The notes under the pieces were generated by a model. It saw only the letters and a list, made by a program, of their open reading frames with translations, was not told the DNA's origin and made no database searches. Below are positions 59,802 through 64,000 of a stretch of DNA of 64,000 nucleotides, piece after piece; position 1 is the stretch's first letter; the number at the start of each line of letters is the position of its first letter. Made by a program: the position numbers and the translations under genes. Location: contig JAHLWR010000009.1 of the NCBI GenBank assembly GCA_019057815.1, forward strand, positions 67,858 to 131,857. The letters are read 5' to 3'. The DNA comes from Candidatus Heimdallarchaeota archaeon (GTDB lineage Archaea > Asgardarchaeota > Heimdallarchaeia > Heimdallarchaeales > Heimdallarchaeaceae).

Positions 59802-61544
59802 TTACTTTCGTCTTTTTCTGAAGTATGTTATTCCAAGAATAAAGCCTACAGCTAAAACTGCAGTCATTATTTCGAATCCTGGAGCACCTTCATCTGGTTC
59901 AATTAGGTGAACTGCCATCCATGATTGCCAGTTGTCTGGACCTGTAGTATTACCCATAATCCAGCCAGTGAATTTATCTGTTCTGTAAAGGGTTACACCA
60001 CCAGTAATTCTTATTGGTAAGTATGGTAAATCCTCTGCTATAAGTACTTGAGCTTCATCTAGTTTTTGTCTAACGATTGCTTCATCAGTTTCATAAAGGA
60101 CTTCATCAACTAATGTTGTAACTTCCCAACGAACAGAACTGTTCCAACCTGGAATGTTTACATTATCTGATCCCCACCATCTATTTGCGCTGAACATCCA
60201 ATATGCCCAACTTGGGTGGAAATCTGACCAAAAGCCTGTCCAGCCAAGGAAAGCCCAATCATAGTCATATTTACTTGCATATGAACCACCAGGTCCACCT
60301 ACTGTTGACCATAGTATATCCCAAATGACTGGTTGAACAGTTATTGAGATATTCAGAGCCAACATATAGTTTTGAATCATACGAGCAGTATCAACTGACT
60401 CCTGATATTCAGCGCTAACTCCTAGATTAAATTTTAGGGGGTCACCTAGACCATCTTCACGGACTTTGTCATTATCGGTATCTAAGAATCCTAGATCATC
60501 AAGCAGTTGATTAGCCAGAGCTACATCATAGGCGTACTGTTCGATGTCTGGGTTATAATATGCACCATATGGTAAGCTCATTGAAGCAGGAGCTACAAGT
60601 CCTCTTCCATAACCTGCAATTTCCATAATTTCAGAACGATTGATTCCATGTAGAACTGCTTTTCTAAAATTCACTTCATCATTTGGATAACGTCGTTGGT
60701 TCAAACCTAAGTACATAATATAGTCATTAAGATATTCATGAATTTCAATGTTGGGATCACTTTTAGCAACATTTTCTAATTCAGGTGGAACTGCACCTAG
60801 TAATTCTATATCTCCTACACTTAGAGCGTAGTAACCAGCTTCAATTTCTCTGATGATTTGTACGATTTTTGTCTCAACCCATGGTCCATCAAGGTAATAT
60901 TGATCATTTCTTGAGAATCTGAAAAAGGAGCCGTGAGACCATTCCTCTAATACGAAAGGACCACAACCTACAGGTTCCTCATTAGCAAATGTGTAAATAT
61001 CAGTTATATCTTCCCAAATATGTTGAGGTACTATCCAAGTTGTAGCAAAATCATATAAAACATCTGCAGGTTTTGGTCCCCACCAGAATTCTACTTGAAT
61101 TTGTGTTTCACTTAGGACAGTTATGTCAAAAATCTCATCAAAAAGCCAGCTGCGTCGTGGAATTGCAGGATCAGTCCATAGCAAATACCATGTATAATTT
61201 ACATCATAGATATCCATAAGTTCACCGTCTGACCAGTAAACATCTTCTCTAATTGTAAATATCCACTTTTCGAGAGTTTCATTATGTGTCCAACCTGTGC
61301 ATAACACAGGAGTTGGTTGATTGTTTATGTCATTCTGTACTAGAGCATCATATATGTGCCCAATTATATAACTTTCATAGACTGATCCCCAAGTAAAGGG
61401 ATTCAGAGTCAGTGCGTCAGAGCCCATTGGAACGGTAAGAGTACCGCCAACAAAGGGATCTTGTGCAAGAACGGTAGAATAGGGTGAAAATGTCATAATG
61501 AATGCCATAAAAATTGTTGAGGTAATTAACAATTTTTTATTCAA
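59802..61544 (-). CDS. oppA: ABC transporter substrate-binding protein, family 5 (OppA/DppA-like), lipoprotein- or signal-anchored
   Basis: 580 aa, N-terminal signal, the family-5 SBP length and its Trp/Tyr-rich pattern, and a C-terminal TM/anchor. Confidence 0.8.
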   Translation of the reverse strand: MNKKLLITSTIFMAFIMTFSPYSTVLAQDPFVGGTLTVPMGSDALTLNPFTWGSVYESYIIGHIYDALVQNDINNQPTPVLCTGWTHNETLEKWIFTIREDVYWSDGELMDIYDVNYTWYLLWTDPAIPRRSWLFDEIFDITVLSETQIQVEFWWGPKPADVLYDFATTWIVPQHIWEDITDIYTFANEEPVGCGPFVLEEWSHGSFFRFSRNDQYYLDGPWVETKIVQIIREIEAGYYALSVGDIELLGAVPPELENVAKSDPNIEIHEYLNDYIMYLGLNQRRYPNDEVNFRKAVLHGINRSEIMEIAGYGRGLVAPASMSLPYGAYYNPDIEQYAYDVALANQLLDDLGFLDTDNDKVREDGLGDPLKFNLGVSAEYQESVDTARMIQNYMLALNISITVQPVIWDILWSTVGGPGGSYASKYDYDWAFLGWTGFWSDFHPSWAYWMFSANRWWGSDNVNIPGWNSSVRWEVTTLVDEVLYETDEAIVRQKLDEAQVLIAEDLPYLPIRITGGVTLYRTDKFTGWIMGNTTGPDNWQSWMAVHLIEPDEGAPGFEIMTAVLAVGFILGITYFRKRRK

Positions 61545-61631
61545 TTTTTTTCAATCCTTTGTTTTTTTTCTTTTGTGTTCTTTGAGACAATTTCAAAGAC
61601 ACTTTTTTTATTTGTTTAAATATATATAAGA

Positions 61632-61681
61632 TTTTCGGGTAAAAAAGTTAATGTTTAGCAAAAATGTTATAAATTAAACAT
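61632..61681 (-). promoter_or_regulatory. Conserved upstream element copy B (TTTTCGGG ... ATGTTTAG-N16-TTAAACAT dyad), 5' of oppA
   Basis: Paralogous to 59656-59704. Lies in the divergent intergenic region between oppA and the beta-lactamase-fold gene. Confidence 0.5.
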
Positions 61682-61715
61682 AATGTATATAACATATAAG
61701 AAAAGATGACTAATT

Positions 61716-63152
61716 GTGGTAACTATGGATATGAAGAAATTTAGAAAAAAGTTTGAACAAGAAGCAGTTAAAGTTATGCGTGATTTTAAAGTCCCAGGAA
61801 TGTCTATTTTTGTCACGAAAGATGGTAAAACTACGTATCATAGAGCTTTTGGTATAAGAGAAAAAGGAGATGTAAAACCTGCTACAACTGATTCATTATA
61901 TGGGGTTTCATCAATCACCAAATCAGTTACATGTTTGGCTATTTTACAACTTCATGAAGCTCAAAAGTTGAATATTCACGATCCTATCTCAAAATATGTA
62001 CCTGTAGATTTAATGTTTAAAGATACTCCAATAACAGTTCATCATCTAATGTCACACGCTTCTGGAATACCTTCTTTGATGACTTTCTACTTTTCGCAAA
62101 TGAATCAAGAATTATATGAACCTGTTCTTCCTAAACTCCCATTAGGTAATTGGGACGATTTTTATTTCCATCTTAATGATGCAAAGACTGAAGTTCTTAG
62201 CCCTCCAAGCAAAAAATACTATTACTGGAATGCAGGATTTACTTTACTTGGTCAAATAGTAGAAAAAACAAGCGGACAACTATTTGAAGAATATGTTAAG
62301 GAGAACATTTTGAAGCCTTTAGAAATGAAAAGAAGCACTTTTTCTAAAGACGATGTAGAACGAGATGATGATGTTTCAAAAGGATTTAACTTTGAGCTTA
62401 AGGATAAAAAGGTGATTAGAAAACCTAAAAACCTTCTAACCGATTTGTTTATAGCTGGAGCAGGAGGATTAATTTCGAGCGTAAAAGAGATAACTAACTA
62501 TTTACTTTGTCACTTGAATAAAGGAGATTTCAATGGAAAGCAGCTGTTGAGTGAAGAATTGATTAAAGAAATGTGGAAACCCCATAATAAAAATCTTACA
62601 TCTCAGTATCATGAGTATTGTCCAGGTTCTATTTCATCCTATGGTTATGGATTTAGGGTTTATGATAATTACTACGGATACACATTAGTTACTCATGGAG
62701 GAGTCTCTGGAGTTACAGGTGGTCAAGTTGCATTTATCCCTGAATTGAATTTGACTTTTGCTCAATTATACAACGTATCATGGTTGCCTACTCATTTAAT
62801 GCATACAGCTTTAGCCTTGCTGTTAGGTAAAGATCCAGAAAAAGTTATGCCTTATCATATCCGAAAGAAGCATTACAAAAAACTCTGCGGAAGATATGAT
62901 GCATATAAGAAAACTATAACAATGGAAATTAAGGAAAAAGAGAGTATCCTTTACTTAGAAGGTAGTTGGCAAGAAAAATTTAAACTCCCTTTAATTCCTA
63001 AAAATGATGACCCTGAAGTTATGGATTTCTATGTGATTTTACCTCAAGGTAATATGGATGTTCCTTTCACCAAACAAGATGATGGTCACATCACTTTTGA
63101 TTATGAAAGACACCTCATGCATAAAAAAACAATAGAATTAGAGGAAGATTAA
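61716..63152 (+). CDS. Beta-lactamase-fold serine hydrolase (D-aminopeptidase / esterase-like)
   Basis: SSITKS has the SxxK motif. YYWN has the YxN motif. 478 aa with a C-terminal extra domain. Confidence 0.8.
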   Translation: MVTMDMKKFRKKFEQEAVKVMRDFKVPGMSIFVTKDGKTTYHRAFGIREKGDVKPATTDSLYGVSSITKSVTCLAILQLHEAQKLNIHDPISKYVPVDLMFKDTPITVHHLMSHASGIPSLMTFYFSQMNQELYEPVLPKLPLGNWDDFYFHLNDAKTEVLSPPSKKYYYWNAGFTLLGQIVEKTSGQLFEEYVKENILKPLEMKRSTFSKDDVERDDDVSKGFNFELKDKKVIRKPKNLLTDLFIAGAGGLISSVKEITNYLLCHLNKGDFNGKQLLSEELIKEMWKPHNKNLTSQYHEYCPGSISSYGYGFRVYDNYYGYTLVTHGGVSGVTGGQVAFIPELNLTFAQLYNVSWLPTHLMHTALALLLGKDPEKVMPYHIRKKHYKKLCGRYDAYKKTITMEIKEKESILYLEGSWQEKFKLPLIPKNDDPEVMDFYVILPQGNMDVPFTKQDDGHITFDYERHLMHKKTIELEED

Positions 63153-63412
63153 GAATAAAATATTGTTAATCCTAATTTTCTCTTTTTTCCTCTAACTCTT
63201 TTTTCATTGATATTTGAATATAATAGCAACGACATCCATGAAATTACTTCTGTCCCAAATTATATCTTGTTAGCATTAAGTAGTCTGATTCCTTACTGTT
63301 CATTAGACGAAGGTTTCTTTATTTCGTACGAGATGAAATACTCCTTCAAGTGACTTTTTGTTGTGTAGTCAAAGCTTTTTTATTCGTACTTTACTATATT
63401 ATTCTGGAAATA

Positions 63413-64000
63413 ATGATTTCTAACTCCACAATATGTGAAATGGTAGAACAAGGATATTCATCAGGTTCATGCCTAGTAGAAAAAATAGACGGTTCTAAAG
63501 GAAGAGCATGCGATTTAACTTTAAGGAAGAAGAACGGCAATCTAGAACGAGTAATCACATCTTATCATCTTTCGCGACCGGAAGACTATCTTTCTATTTA
63601 TCAGAGTGGTTGCAACCATACTTGTTTGAAATGTCATTCTCATGATTTTAGTAAAGTAGTTAATGGTAAATGGATGAGTACAGATCAAATAGCAAAAGCA
63701 GCTATAGATTACAGTAAGCATATTACAGTTTATGAACCAAGAGAAGCAGCAACAAGTTGGCATGCTCATCGATTATGTCGACACTGTGGGTCTTGTGTTT
63801 TAATTGGAGAACAATCAGAAGAGTGCCCTAAGAAGTTGAAACCTGAACAGGTAGTTCTAGGTCCACAAGGTTTTGGTCCTGTAAGGAACATAGCAGCTTT
63901 TACAGGAGGAGATATTATGTGCAAACCTGAATTTTATTTAGAAGTAACAAAAAAAATAAAGAAAGAACTGGATGATTTTTGGATTCTTCTGGAATCAAAT
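63413..64000 (+). CDS. Partial (3'-truncated by the window) radical SAM enzyme, PFL-activase/anSME-like
   Basis: Own translation gives MISNSTICEMVEQGYSSGSCLV...SIYQSGCNHTCLKCHSHDF (CxxxCxxC), then a second Cys cluster HRLCRHCGSCV. No stop before the window end, hence absent from the ORF track. Confidence 0.6.
   Translation, partial: MISNSTICEMVEQGYSSGSCLVEKIDGSKGRACDLTLRKKNGNLERVITSYHLSRPEDYLSIYQSGCNHTCLKCHSHDFSKVVNGKWMSTDQIAKAAIDYSKHITVYEPREAATSWHAHRLCRHCGSCVLIGEQSEECPKKLKPEQVVLGPQGFGPVRNIAAFTGGDIMCKPEFYLEVTKKIKKELDDFWILLESN

Noticed and set aside
1-64000. CRISPR arrays, tRNA or rRNA genes
   Set aside because: No array of regularly spaced direct repeats was found. The only GC-rich island (400-620) is explained by the tnpB 3' end and its candidate omega-RNA, and no 70-90-nt GC-rich cloverleaf-like blocks were seen in intergenic regions.

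Overview
This is an AT-rich (roughly 30% GC), densely coded archaeal chromosomal segment with genes on both strands. I found no rRNA, tRNA or CRISPR array.

Several things point tentatively to an Asgard (Loki-like) archaeon: a partial gelsolin-like ORF at the left edge, a 1399-aa HgdC-like double ATPase fused to a DUF2229/HgdB-like domain, archaeal-type PAS histidine kinases, and TldD/PmbA.

Main content, left to right:
- A 1.76-kb TnpB-only insertion sequence bounded by perfect 19-bp inverted repeats. Its tnpB is frameshifted, and there is a GC-rich structured 3' flank that I read as a candidate omega-RNA.
- A small islet of hypothetical genes with a convergent MazG-like gene.
- Housekeeping and metabolic genes: IlvE, an APH-fold kinase, PAP2 phosphatases, alpha/beta hydrolases, TldD/PmbA and an OCD-family enzyme.
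- An uncharacterised pol-beta nucleotidyltransferase next to a DUF5615 (PIN-like)/DUF433 toxin-antitoxin-like pair.
- A radical SAM gene followed by a DUF89 gene.
- A tight metallophosphoesterase / divergent RtcB-like / GDPD cassette, which may be an RNA end-processing module.
- A large multi-PAS sensor kinase.
- A DMT-like transporter fused to a RAM (Lrp/AsnC C-terminal) domain, with a stand-alone RAM protein next to it.
- A peptide / beta-amino-acid catabolic block: DmpA (S58), M20 peptidase, amidohydrolase, two beta-lactamase-fold hydrolases, a class III aminotransferase and an MmsA-like aldehyde dehydrogenase.
- An oppABCDF peptide ABC transporter with a duplicated palindromic upstream element, followed at its 3' end by a TPR-wHTH regulator.

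Most small antisense ORFs in the six-frame track are spurious.
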